Virus record (IMG/VR): IMGVR_UViG_3300043493_000052
Coordinates: 1 to 37,330 of that record
Strand: one strand, 5' to 3'
Source: a virus
Lineage: Duplodnaviria > Caudoviricetes
Length of the DNA stretch: 37,330 bases
This document shows positions 1 to 8,080 of the stretch, in pieces. Numbering within the stretch: position 1 is the stretch's first letter; each line of letters opens with the position of its first letter. The translations under genes were made by a program, and so were the position numbers. A model generated the notes under the pieces. It was not told where the DNA came from and searched no databases. It saw only the letters and a list, made by a program, of their open reading frames with translations.

Positions 1-126
1 GCTGCGTATTTGAAAGTCATATGGGACGCTAATGATTCGAGCGAAACAAGATACTACGGCGAGTCAGCATTTCACCAAGCAGGCAACTTCTCCGGCATTG
101 CTAAACGCATAGAACCGCGAATTATT
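1..126 (+). repeat. Direct terminal repeat (circular assembly overlap), copy 1
   Basis: Bases 1-126 are identical to 37199-37324; only the last 6 nt of the window diverge. Confidence 0.95.
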
Positions 127-3021
127 GGCTCGATACTTGCCGACCTTGAATTTGAAATTAACCCCGACCTTCGCACAGAAGAAATAGATTTTGTATTCGA
201 TGACGTTGACAAAGAGATCACGCAGAAGTTTCAAACGTTCGGCTCCGGCGTGCGGTGCGAACTGCATTTCTATTATCCAGACGTGCAGGGCACGCATGAG
301 GCGTGGTTCGGCCAGTTGCAGGCTCCTGAAGTTTGGGGCTGGAAAAAGCTCGAGGTCGTGGCGACGAACGGTTCGCGTTCACGAGAACTGCTGACGCCGA
401 ATTCGATGCGTCCGCTTAATCATTGCCGGTTCACGTTCGGCGGCGAGCTGCCCGATGTGGAATCGATCGCCTCGAACGGCTGCCCGTATGCCAAACAGTT
501 CGGCGGGCTTGGCGAGTTCAAAACAGGCTCAACGCCTTATTCAAGCTGCCCGAAATCGGAAGCCGCCTGCAATGCACGTTTTGGAACGACCGACGCGAAA
601 TATTACGGAGCCTATGACACGAACGTTGGCCCTTACTATTCGAATCCGCGAACGGGATACATCGCCCATGCTGACGGCAACGCCTCGAACCTGACCGACC
701 CTGTCCGCAAGGTGTACGGCTCGAAGATGGTGCGAAAGCTGAACCTGATGCTCTGGTCGCGTGACGAAGGCTCGAGCAATCCGAACACGCGATGGCTCGA
801 TACCATGTGGGAGGTCAGCGAAGGCCGCATCGTTTCGATGTCGAATATCAAGATCAACGAGGATCTGGTGCAGATGATCCATACAGCGGTCAGGCTCGGT
901 TATATCGGCCAGCCGCGATCACTCTTTCCGGGCAATCCGGGCGATGAGGTTTCTAACTTCTCAGGGCTGGCTCATTTCTCTAACCGTTTTCAATGCAACC
1001 CGCGTGACTTCTCACCGTCGAATTTGTCGGCTGAAGCCTTTGTTGTCGGCATGGCGGGCGTGCCGCAGTTCACGAACGCCGTCCCCGGCACTGGCCTTGC
1101 CGCGACGTATTATTCAGACGATGCGTGGACTGACGAGGTGCATCAGTCGAACATCTATAATGTAAATTACGCAGAGAGCCTATTTCCACCTTCAGATGGC
1201 ATCATTGGCATCGCAGAATTTAGCTTCATATTCGAAGGTACGATCACTTTCCCGACCACTGAAACCGTCACGTTTCACGCGGCCCATCTAGGCGGCGTGC
1301 AAGTGTTTGTAAATAATCTTGTCACGCCGATCATCAACAAACTCGGCGTTGACGGCACGGATGATACTGGATCATTCGCTGCGACCGCCGGAATCCCTTA
1401 CGATTTCAAGCTGAAATTTGCGACATACTCCGGGCTTTCTACGCCGTGGAAATGCATCTTGTCGTGGAGTTCCGCGACGATCACACCGACTGTGGTTGTG
1501 CCGAATAATGCCCTAGGCCACGAGGGGATCAATGCTGTCTTTCGAAACTGGACGGATGACCGCGTGTGGTGTTTGCTCGATGTGATGACCGATCAAAAGA
1601 CGGGCATGAAATATCCGTTCTCGCGGTTCAATCCTTCGAACTGGAAAGCCGCTTCCAATTTTCTTGCACAGTACGCGAGTTATTCACACACACATCCTGA
1701 CGGTGAAACTGATACCTACACAGGTCAGCGATCAACGTTCAATGTCGTAATGGAAGGCCGACCATGCGACGAGGTTATCACCGACGTTTGCAGGGCTGGC
1801 GGCATCAGCGTTCCATTTCAGCACGAAGGATTATTTGAGATTCGCCCGTTTCGTGCGGCTACCGATGACGAACTTGACGATGCCCGCGTGTTCACCGATA
1901 CTGGCGAGCTGCAAAATATCGTCTGGGACGATGGGCAGCCGACGATCAAACTTGAATCCGTCCCTAACGACAAAGTTATCAATGAGATCGAATGCCGGTT
2001 TGAGAACGCCGATAACGCCGACACCGAAGAACCTTTTTTAATAGACAACGTTGCACAGAAACGACTCGCGGGGCGTGCATTAGGCGATGACCAATTGCAC
2101 ACGGTTGACACTCGATTGTCCGCATTCGGCATTCGTTATCTACAGGAAGCCGTACGGTTCGCCTATCGCATTTTGATGTTCGGTGAATTTGACGAAGGCG
2201 GTACGGAAAACAATCTTCGGGCGACCTTTACGACCATCTACGAGCAGGCGGTTGATCTTAAACGATACGAGATAATCCAGATAGATTCGGCATTGCTTGA
2301 CGGGCATACTATCGGCACTGATAACGGCTACACCGACAACACCGAAACGCCGCAATACTTCCGCATCATCGAACTGCAAAAGGTATCGAATGGACGCTTG
2401 GAAGTCACAGCACAGGCATACAATCACACGGCGTATGAACAGTTCGAGGCATCAACCATCAACCCCGGCGGCGACCCCGGCACAAGCGAACTATTCGAGG
2501 CCGAAGATGCGACTCTCACTGGCAGCACGGCGATACTCGCATCCGGCTCGGCATCGGGCGGTAATTACGTTGAAATGCAAGACGCTACCGCAGATGCACT
2601 GTTCGACATTTCGAGTTTAGCGATCCCTGACGGCGAAGGAACGGCCCGCACATTGGTAACGATCTATTATCGGGCGGTGGATTTTGCTGACGTATTGATA
2701 ACGGTGGGCTTAAATTCGTTCGTTCGCACTTTGAATCCAACATCCGGGGGCGACTGGTCAACAAGAGAGATCAACGTCAGTGGGCATTTCTCTTCGGTTG
2801 AGATCGCAAGCGAGACTGCCGTGACGTTCGATCTGGACGCTATCTCAGCGGAGCGGTTTTGGGTTCCTGTCATAATCGACCCCGACCCCGGCCCGGAGCC
2901 TCCGCATACGCCGCCGAACTTGCCGCCGACGCAAATCCCAACGAGATCGGATGATGCGAGCTTTGGAGCAGTTTCCTATGACGACACGAATAAATATATC
3001 TCGGTAGAAGTGACGACCTAA
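1..3021 (+). CDS. Tail tip / host-specificity (Tal/gpJ-like) protein with inserted PA14 and CBM6/35-like domains; true start at 37133, about 1028 aa
   Basis: In frame with ATG 37133 across the circular junction and follows tape measure and Dit. PA14-like GLAATYY...FEGTITFP...LSWSS at ~1087-1503; CBM-like FEAEDATLTG...ASGGNYV from ~2494; Pro-rich linker near the C-terminus. Confidence 0.8.
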   Translation, partial: AAYLKVIWDANDSSETRYYGESAFHQAGNFSGIAKRIEPRIIGSILADLEFEINPDLRTEEIDFVFDDVDKEITQKFQTFGSGVRCELHFYYPDVQGTHEAWFGQLQAPEVWGWKKLEVVATNGSRSRELLTPNSMRPLNHCRFTFGGELPDVESIASNGCPYAKQFGGLGEFKTGSTPYSSCPKSEAACNARFGTTDAKYYGAYDTNVGPYYSNPRTGYIAHADGNASNLTDPVRKVYGSKMVRKLNLMLWSRDEGSSNPNTRWLDTMWEVSEGRIVSMSNIKINEDLVQMIHTAVRLGYIGQPRSLFPGNPGDEVSNFSGLAHFSNRFQCNPRDFSPSNLSAEAFVVGMAGVPQFTNAVPGTGLAATYYSDDAWTDEVHQSNIYNVNYAESLFPPSDGIIGIAEFSFIFEGTITFPTTETVTFHAAHLGGVQVFVNNLVTPIINKLGVDGTDDTGSFAATAGIPYDFKLKFATYSGLSTPWKCILSWSSATITPTVVVPNNALGHEGINAVFRNWTDDRVWCLLDVMTDQKTGMKYPFSRFNPSNWKAASNFLAQYASYSHTHPDGETDTYTGQRSTFNVVMEGRPCDEVITDVCRAGGISVPFQHEGLFEIRPFRAATDDELDDARVFTDTGELQNIVWDDGQPTIKLESVPNDKVINEIECRFENADNADTEEPFLIDNVAQKRLAGRALGDDQLHTVDTRLSAFGIRYLQEAVRFAYRILMFGEFDEGGTENNLRATFTTIYEQAVDLKRYEIIQIDSALLDGHTIGTDNGYTDNTETPQYFRIIELQKVSNGRLEVTAQAYNHTAYEQFEASTINPGGDPGTSELFEAEDATLTGSTAILASGSASGGNYVEMQDATADALFDISSLAIPDGEGTARTLVTIYYRAVDFADVLITVGLNSFVRTLNPTSGGDWSTREINVSGHFSSVEIASETAVTFDLDAISAERFWVPVIIDPDPGPEPPHTPPNLPPTQIPTRSDDASFGAVSYDDTNKYISVEVTT

Positions 3022-4119
3022 ATGGCAATAGATAATTACAGACCCGCGTTCGATGTAGGACGGATAGATGCTAGCGGCAACTGGATTCCGCTTGCCTTTG
3101 AGGACGTGGACATCTACAACATCACACAGTCTGTTTTGATCGAAACCGTAGCGGTTGACGTTTATGGTCACATTGTTGCGGGTGAATACGACAGCGGCAG
3201 CGACGACGCAGCCGCGGGCGATGTTATCGAGCTGCAGCACGCGACCTATCCGAAAACGGCACGCATGACGCTGCAATCGACCGCCATTCTCGCCCTGACG
3301 CAAAACGATGTGCGGACGTACGTTGCCGAGAATCTAGCGACAACCGAAACGCCGGAGAAGGCCGAGATATGGGCGACCGATGACGACGAACCAAACAAAG
3401 AGCCTTTTCTGCTCGGCATCGCGATCGTCGATGGCGATGCGGCTTTAATTCCTTACGAATCCTCGAAGGTCAAAAACCTGACGCTTTACCTTTCGCCCTT
3501 CGGCAAGACGAGCGAAAAGAGCTTTGTCGATACGACACAACATCCGAGCACGCCTCTCGCCATTCCCGCAGCAAGCGGCGGTATGCGTGCGTTGTTCGAC
3601 CATTGGGACACCGTTCCTACGGCCGGAACATCGCTCGAAGATCTGTACGAGGACGAACTAGAGGCTGATCTATTCACGAATGACGGCGATACGGCTTTTG
3701 TTGAATATCACGGCACGTTCGCCGCAAACGGTAACAGCAAGATCGTAACGGTTGACCTTGACGGCAGCACCATCGCCAACACAACGACAACCGCGAATAA
3801 CAAATCTTGGCAGCAAACGCTTTCGATCATGCGAAGTGCGGACGGTGATCTCGTGGTCGGTTCGCAATTTACGGTCACGGGTGAGTCACCGACCATCTCG
3901 GTAACTTCACCAGCGGGGTTTGATATGTCAGCAGCAATCCCCATCACACTACAAGCTGACGGCGGTACAGCGGCAGACATTGTTGCGGTGAAAGCGAAGG
4001 CGTGGTTCATCCCTTCCGCCACGCCTGACACGACTGCACCGAGCGTTCCAACGGGCTACTCAGCGACGGCGTTGAGCGATACAGAGATTGAACTAGACAG
4101 AGGAACTTCAACGGATTAG
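3022..4119 (+). CDS. Tail fibre/baseplate protein ending in the N-terminal half of an FN3 domain
   Basis: TAAATG-coupled to the upstream gene; C-terminal DTTAPSVPTG...SDTEIEL..STD is the start of an FN3 domain. Confidence 0.7.
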   Translation: MAIDNYRPAFDVGRIDASGNWIPLAFEDVDIYNITQSVLIETVAVDVYGHIVAGEYDSGSDDAAAGDVIELQHATYPKTARMTLQSTAILALTQNDVRTYVAENLATTETPEKAEIWATDDDEPNKEPFLLGIAIVDGDAALIPYESSKVKNLTLYLSPFGKTSEKSFVDTTQHPSTPLAIPAASGGMRALFDHWDTVPTAGTSLEDLYEDELEADLFTNDGDTAFVEYHGTFAANGNSKIVTVDLDGSTIANTTTTANNKSWQQTLSIMRSADGDLVVGSQFTVTGESPTISVTSPAGFDMSAAIPITLQADGGTAADIVAVKAKAWFIPSATPDTTAPSVPTGYSATALSDTEIELDRGTSTD

Positions 4120-4121
4120 AT

Positions 4122-5114
4122 ATGGCAGTAGCTGGATATGAATATCGAATAGACGGCGGCTCGCCTGTGGACATGGGATTGACCAATCCCGTCACAGCAA
4201 GCGGCCTCACCGCCGCGACCTCGTATGATTTCGAATTTCGGGCGTATGACGGCGCGGGGAATCGTTCGGCGTGGACTTCCATTGTCAGCGAATCGACTGA
4301 TGCGTTCCCCGGCCTTATCGACGTAGTAGGTCAGTCTGCTGCTGCGGCATACGGTGTGCGGAAACTGCGTGGTGCTTACGCCGGTTCAGCGGTTCGGGTT
4401 CGCCGTGCCTCAGATAATGCCGAGCAGGATATAGGTTTCTCTGGCGAAGCTTTAGACTGGGCTTCTGCGATCAGTTTCAAAGGAGCCTCCACCATCTTTG
4501 TAAAAACGTGGTACGACCAAAGTGGTGGTTCAGCGGATCTAACGCAAGCGACTGCTGCAAGTCAGGCAGGGCTTGACACGTCTGGAGAACAACTCACATT
4601 TGACGGTTCTAATGATTTTTATAGCGTGGCATTAGACCTGTCGGCGTCGGATAAGCTCTCTGCATTCATGGTTGCAGCTTCAGCGACGAACGCAGACTAT
4701 CAGATATTGTTGGAGCATAACACCGGAGCGGCAGCAAACGACCTCTTGATATTCACAAATTCGGGAGCGGTGTGTGCGTTTTACTCTCAAGTCGCATCTG
4801 TTGGTAACGCGGAGTCTGTAAACTCATTTACATCGGGGGCAGACCGTCTGGTAACGGTGATAACAGACCGGTCATTAACGGGCAGCAGCATTGTCAAAGC
4901 TCGTGTCGATGCATCGAACGCGAACGATGTGGCTACCAGTAACATCTCCGGTAATTATGCAAACGCCAACCTGAACGTCGGAGCCAGGAACAACGGGTCA
5001 ACATTCTTTATTGCAGGCTCAATGAAGGAGATCGTTCTTTTTCAAGCCGCCCTGAACAACACCGAACGCGACGACGGCGAGGCAAACATCAACACGTATC
5101 ACACGATCTACTAA
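4122..5114 (+). CDS. Receptor-binding protein: C-terminal half of FN3 plus arabinofuranosidase-B (GH54)-like/LamG domain
   Basis: VAGYEY...GLTAATSYDFEFRAYDGAGNRS (FN3); AAYGVRKLRGAYAG..VRVRRASDNAEQDIGF...WYDQSG (GH54 catalytic-domain-like N-terminus); ConA-like C-terminus. Confidence 0.7.
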   Translation: MAVAGYEYRIDGGSPVDMGLTNPVTASGLTAATSYDFEFRAYDGAGNRSAWTSIVSESTDAFPGLIDVVGQSAAAAYGVRKLRGAYAGSAVRVRRASDNAEQDIGFSGEALDWASAISFKGASTIFVKTWYDQSGGSADLTQATAASQAGLDTSGEQLTFDGSNDFYSVALDLSASDKLSAFMVAASATNADYQILLEHNTGAAANDLLIFTNSGAVCAFYSQVASVGNAESVNSFTSGADRLVTVITDRSLTGSSIVKARVDASNANDVATSNISGNYANANLNVGARNNGSTFFIAGSMKEIVLFQAALNNTERDDGEANINTYHTIY

Positions 5115-5237
5115 GTTGGTTGCATATACGTTGCGGACTTATCGCGTCAGACTGTTTTATGGTGATTCGTGGAAGGGGATTGGCTTGTATATCGCAACGC
5201 TTTGACACGGTTTGCGATGCGGTGAAATGATACGTTT

Positions 5238-5287
5238 CTCGCTTGGGGTGCGAGAGGTCGCAAGTTCAAATCTTGTCGTCCCGACCA
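5238..5287 (+). other. attP: attP core: 3' half of tRNA-Pro(GGG)
   Basis: Anticodon arm CTCGC-TTGGGGT-GCGAG, T-arm GCAAG-TTCAAAT-CTTGT, acceptor CGTCCCG-A-CCA; no 5' half upstream; adjacent to the integrase 3' end. Confidence 0.9.
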
Positions 5288-5294
5288 ATAAACA

Positions 5295-5330
5295 AAGGGC
5301 TTTCATTAATTTGGAGGCCCTTCTATATTT
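5295..5330. terminator. Hairpin downstream of the tRNA 3' half, overlapping the int stop
   Basis: AAGGGCTTTC...GGAGGCCCTT stem with A-rich left flank and T-rich right flank. Confidence 0.55.
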
Positions 5331-6379
5331 TGAGTTGGTTGCAGGTTGGTTGCATCAAGCGTATTTACAGCGTCGCGCATTTGTTCGAAATCTTCCTGAA
5401 TGTAGATATCCGTTATGCTCATGTCGGAATGAGCAAACAGGTGCTGGATCGTTTTTGAGTTTTGGTTGCGTCGCATTAGTTCGGTCGCAAATTCCTTTCG
5501 CAGATCGTGAAACGTGTAATTTTCACCCCTCTTGCCATCTTTCTTATTTATTCCGGCCGCGATGAGCAACGGCTTCCAACGTCGCCGGAAATCCTTAATA
5601 GGGAAGGGAAGCGTTCCATCGTCGAGCATTAAGCGGAGCGTGTCCGAGGCAGTAGAATTCAACGGTATAGCCCGAGACGGCCTGCCCTTGCTTGATTCGG
5701 CCAACAATAGTCCATTTTCCAGATCGACGGCAACCGGCGTGATTGCAAGCAATTGGCCTCTTCGCAAAGGCAGATTCAATGCCAGCGTCACCAGCCGGGA
5801 CATTAGTTCGTCTTTTCGCAATTCCTGCCATAGCTTTTCCTTTTCCCTGATCGTGAGCAGCCGTTTGCGTTTCGGCGGTTCTTTCAAACTCTTAACATAC
5901 TGCATCGGGTTGCGGTCTAGGATCCCTTCCTCGCACGCCAGGCTGAACAGCCGCGAAGCCGTGGACATTATTCGATTAACCGATGACGCCGAAGTGCTTT
6001 TTTGAAGTTTCGATCGAACGTCGCGACAATCCTGGGGTGTGATGTCAGCGAGATACTTTCCTTTGAATGCTTTGACGAGGGTTTCGATGTAGAGGCGTTT
6101 AGCCCCAACGTTAACATTATGTCCTTCGTAATATCGCGTGTAAGGACCTTCCGCAAACTCGGTGAAACTCGTATCTGAATGGGCGCCATATCGTTTATTA
6201 AATGCGTTCTTTATTATCGACCGTTCGGCCTGTTCGGCTTCCGTTTTTGTCTGGGCCTCGGGTATCGCTTTGTGAATGATCTTTTTCCCTAACCGCTTCC
6301 ATATATACCAAGTCCCTTTGTCCCAATCCTTAGATTTGGACGTTAGCTTCTTTCCGCGATAGCGTTTCATTACGCTCAT
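5306..6379 (-). CDS. int: Tyrosine recombinase (phage integrase)
   Basis: Catalytic motifs LRRGQL (R), SSKG (K), FHDLR (HxxR), FAHSD (H) and TDIY (Y); next to attP. Confidence 0.95.
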   Translation of the reverse strand: MSVMKRYRGKKLTSKSKDWDKGTWYIWKRLGKKIIHKAIPEAQTKTEAEQAERSIIKNAFNKRYGAHSDTSFTEFAEGPYTRYYEGHNVNVGAKRLYIETLVKAFKGKYLADITPQDCRDVRSKLQKSTSASSVNRIMSTASRLFSLACEEGILDRNPMQYVKSLKEPPKRKRLLTIREKEKLWQELRKDELMSRLVTLALNLPLRRGQLLAITPVAVDLENGLLLAESSKGRPSRAIPLNSTASDTLRLMLDDGTLPFPIKDFRRRWKPLLIAAGINKKDGKRGENYTFHDLRKEFATELMRRNQNSKTIQHLFAHSDMSITDIYIQEDFEQMRDAVNTLDATNLQPTQNIEGPPN

Positions 6380-6629
6380 TTGCTCTCCAATTGCTCACGG
6401 CGGTCAGGCGAAAGCTGGGATGCCCGTTGCCGACGCGATCGAACGGCATGCCTTCGTTCATATAACGGTTAATTGTTGCCGGTGAGAGGTTCCAATGCGC
6501 GGCAAGTTCCGCTTTCGTCATCCATTCTTTTTGAACGACGCGGTCCTTGCGAAATTCGTCTGCGACGGCAGCTGCGGTTCGACGAATGATATCCTCGAGC
6601 TCGCTTTTTTCGAGAGTAATGATCTGCAT
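6330..6629 (-). CDS. xis: Excisionase / AlpA-MerR-like HTH protein
   Basis: WMTKAELAAHWNLSPATINRYMNEGMP...FRLTAVSNW; directly upstream of int. Confidence 0.75.
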   Translation of the reverse strand: MQIITLEKSELEDIIRRTAAAVADEFRKDRVVQKEWMTKAELAAHWNLSPATINRYMNEGMPFDRVGNGHPSFRLTAVSNWRANERNETLSRKEANVQI

Positions 6630-6634
6630 TTGTA

Positions 6635-6703
6635 AAAACTGCAGACCGGTTGGCGTGGTTTAAGCAGAACCAATGTACGCCAACCGCAGCGATGTTGTCA
6701 AAT
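6635..6703 (-). promoter_or_regulatory. xis leader: hairpin plus U-tract; TTGACA-N18-TACATT promoter-like or boxA-like element
   Basis: Perfect 10-bp stem 6647-6656/6677-6686; TTTTT on the minus strand before the xis ATG; ATTTGACAA immediately after the upstream stop. Confidence 0.55.
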
Positions 6704-7270
6704 CTACGGGATCTCGTACCGGCGATCGGTGCAGAGCGTTTCCCAGATCGATTCATTGACCGAGTCCGGGTTGATCGGGTCGCGATAGGACCGTGCCAGG
6801 AATGACGGCAGGTTATACAGCACGCGGCCGCGTGCATCGTATAAAATCCCCGATTCGGTCGTTACGCGTTTGTCGTCGCAGTGAAAGGTCGCGAACGAGA
6901 CCATATATCGATAAGATCTCAACTTCCCAGTAAGGGCCGGTTTAGACGGCACCATTTTCAGCCAAACCTCGACATCGCCGCCCGAACGGTAGCGAATGCC
7001 GCGTGCATAGAATTTATCGCCCTGCTTCGAATCGGCGATCTGCTGCCAGCGTTTTGCGTTCTGTGCGCGTTGCCATGCCTCGAAATCCTTTCTTGCCAGA
7101 TCATCGATCGCGGGATCGCTCGGCACCAGTTTCACCGGCTCATAATCCTGCAGCTCGACCGATTCAACTTTCGGCTTGATCAGGCCTTTGTCGTCAAACT
7201 TCCGAACCTGACCAAAAGCCGAGAGTGTCAAAACAAAACATATTATCGACGTCAGTAAGATGTTTTTCAT
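6704..7270 (-). CDS. Secreted protein with a surface-adhesin-E-like C-terminal domain (lysogenic conversion / exclusion candidate)
   Basis: Signal peptide MKNILLTSIICFVLTLSAFG; W..I....FY...VEVWLK...FHCDD...YDARG...INPDS...LC pattern; ATGA-coupled to the repressor gene. Confidence 0.65.
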   Translation of the reverse strand: MKNILLTSIICFVLTLSAFGQVRKFDDKGLIKPKVESVELQDYEPVKLVPSDPAIDDLARKDFEAWQRAQNAKRWQQIADSKQGDKFYARGIRYRSGGDVEVWLKMVPSKPALTGKLRSYRYMVSFATFHCDDKRVTTESGILYDARGRVLYNLPSFLARSYRDPINPDSVNESIWETLCTDRRYEIP

Positions 7271-7737
7271 TCGGTTTTCCTCTTCCCTTTCGGTGCGAGT
7301 TTCTTTTGTTTTGGCGTTTTTGTCAATGTCCGATCGAGTATGCGCTTGGCGTCGTTCAGTGCGGCGAGCTTCTCTTCGGGCGAATACGTTTCCCAGCCCT
7401 TAAAGAACATCATGCCAAAATCTGACGGAGTCTCCCGGCCCTCGAAAGTGAACCATTCGCTCATGATCATATCCGGGCTGCCGCCTTCGCGGATCTTGGC
7501 GTCGAGGTCGAAGGCCTCGAATTTCGGCTCGGGTTGCGTTTGTGTTTGATATGAGATGGCACGATTTGCGGCGTCTGTAACCGCAGTCCACACGGGCAAA
7601 TATATCGCGATAATTTCTTCCGCGACCTGCTGCGAGCTGCGGCGTCCATTTTTCTCCGCAAGACGGTCCAGTCTCTCGATCATTTCTGGATCGAGATACA
7701 TCTTGAACTGCTCTTTGGTACTCATTAGTAACTTCAT
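7267..7737 (-). CDS. Ribbon-helix-helix repressor candidate (start ATG 7737 or 7725)
   Basis: KEQFKMYLDPEMIERLDRLAEKNGRRSSQQVAEEIIAIYL is a CopG/Arc-like pattern; it occupies the CI position and has no S24 peptidase domain. Confidence 0.7.
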   Translation of the reverse strand: MKLLMSTKEQFKMYLDPEMIERLDRLAEKNGRRSSQQVAEEIIAIYLPVWTAVTDAANRAISYQTQTQPEPKFEAFDLDAKIREGGSPDMIMSEWFTFEGRETPSDFGMMFFKGWETYSPEEKLAALNDAKRILDRTLTKTPKQKKLAPKGKRKTE

Positions 7738-7834
7738 AAACTTTTTTTTCCCAAATTGAAATTTAATGCTTGACAAGTTCCAGTACTTTCTAGTACTTTC
7801 TAGTCACGGCGGTAAAAGTACTAAATAGTACCGC
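7717..7834. promoter_or_regulatory. Divergent switch region with GTAC operator boxes and a rightward sigma70-type promoter
   Basis: TTGACA 7770-7775, N18, TACTTT 7794-7799; AGTACT-like boxes at 7717, 7727, 7782, 7792, 7802, 7817 and 7827 with 10-bp spacing within clusters. Confidence 0.75.
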
Positions 7835-7844
7835 AATAAAATAT

Positions 7845-8030
7845 ATGGCTGAATCAACGAAAAAAGTGATAGCGGACGTGCCTGACGAAATGCGTGACGA
7901 GATCGATGAGCTTGGCGAAAAGCTCGATCTGAAAATGTCTCAAATGGTACGCGAAGCGATGGAAAGAACAATTCCGGTCTGGCGCCAACGGGCAGTCGAA
8001 AGGGCTGAAGCTGCGGGCGTGACGGTGTAA
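7845..8030 (+). CDS. Small ribbon-helix-helix protein (Cro position)
   Basis: KKVIADVPDEMRDEIDELGEKLDLKMSQMVREAME is a CopG-like pattern. Confidence 0.75.
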   Translation: MAESTKKVIADVPDEMRDEIDELGEKLDLKMSQMVREAMERTIPVWRQRAVERAEAAGVTV

Positions 8031-8080
8031 ACGAGATTGTTCAGGGTAAGCAGGCATCTGTCGGGAGAGCACTGAACAAA

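Larger units (their letters stand above)
5115..5354 (+). repeat. Putative integrase arm-type sites GTTGGTTGCA
   Basis: Exact 10-mer at 5115-5124, 5334-5343 and 5345-5354, plus a variant TTTGGTTGCG at 5461, on both sides of the att core. Confidence 0.65.

Noticed and set aside
1-126. Biological terminal repeats of the virion DNA
   Set aside because: The repeat falls mid-gene and its length is typical of an assembler k-mer overlap.
1-5114. Diversity-generating retroelement or invertible tail cassette
   Set aside because: No reverse transcriptase or invertase gene, and no TR/VR-like nucleotide duplication was seen.
5212-5287. Complete phage-encoded tRNA-Pro
   Set aside because: No 5' acceptor strand or D-arm upstream of 5238; it is an att core.
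7782-7804. CRISPR or mini-array
   Set aside because: 10-bp tandem units without spacers fit operators; no cas genes are present.
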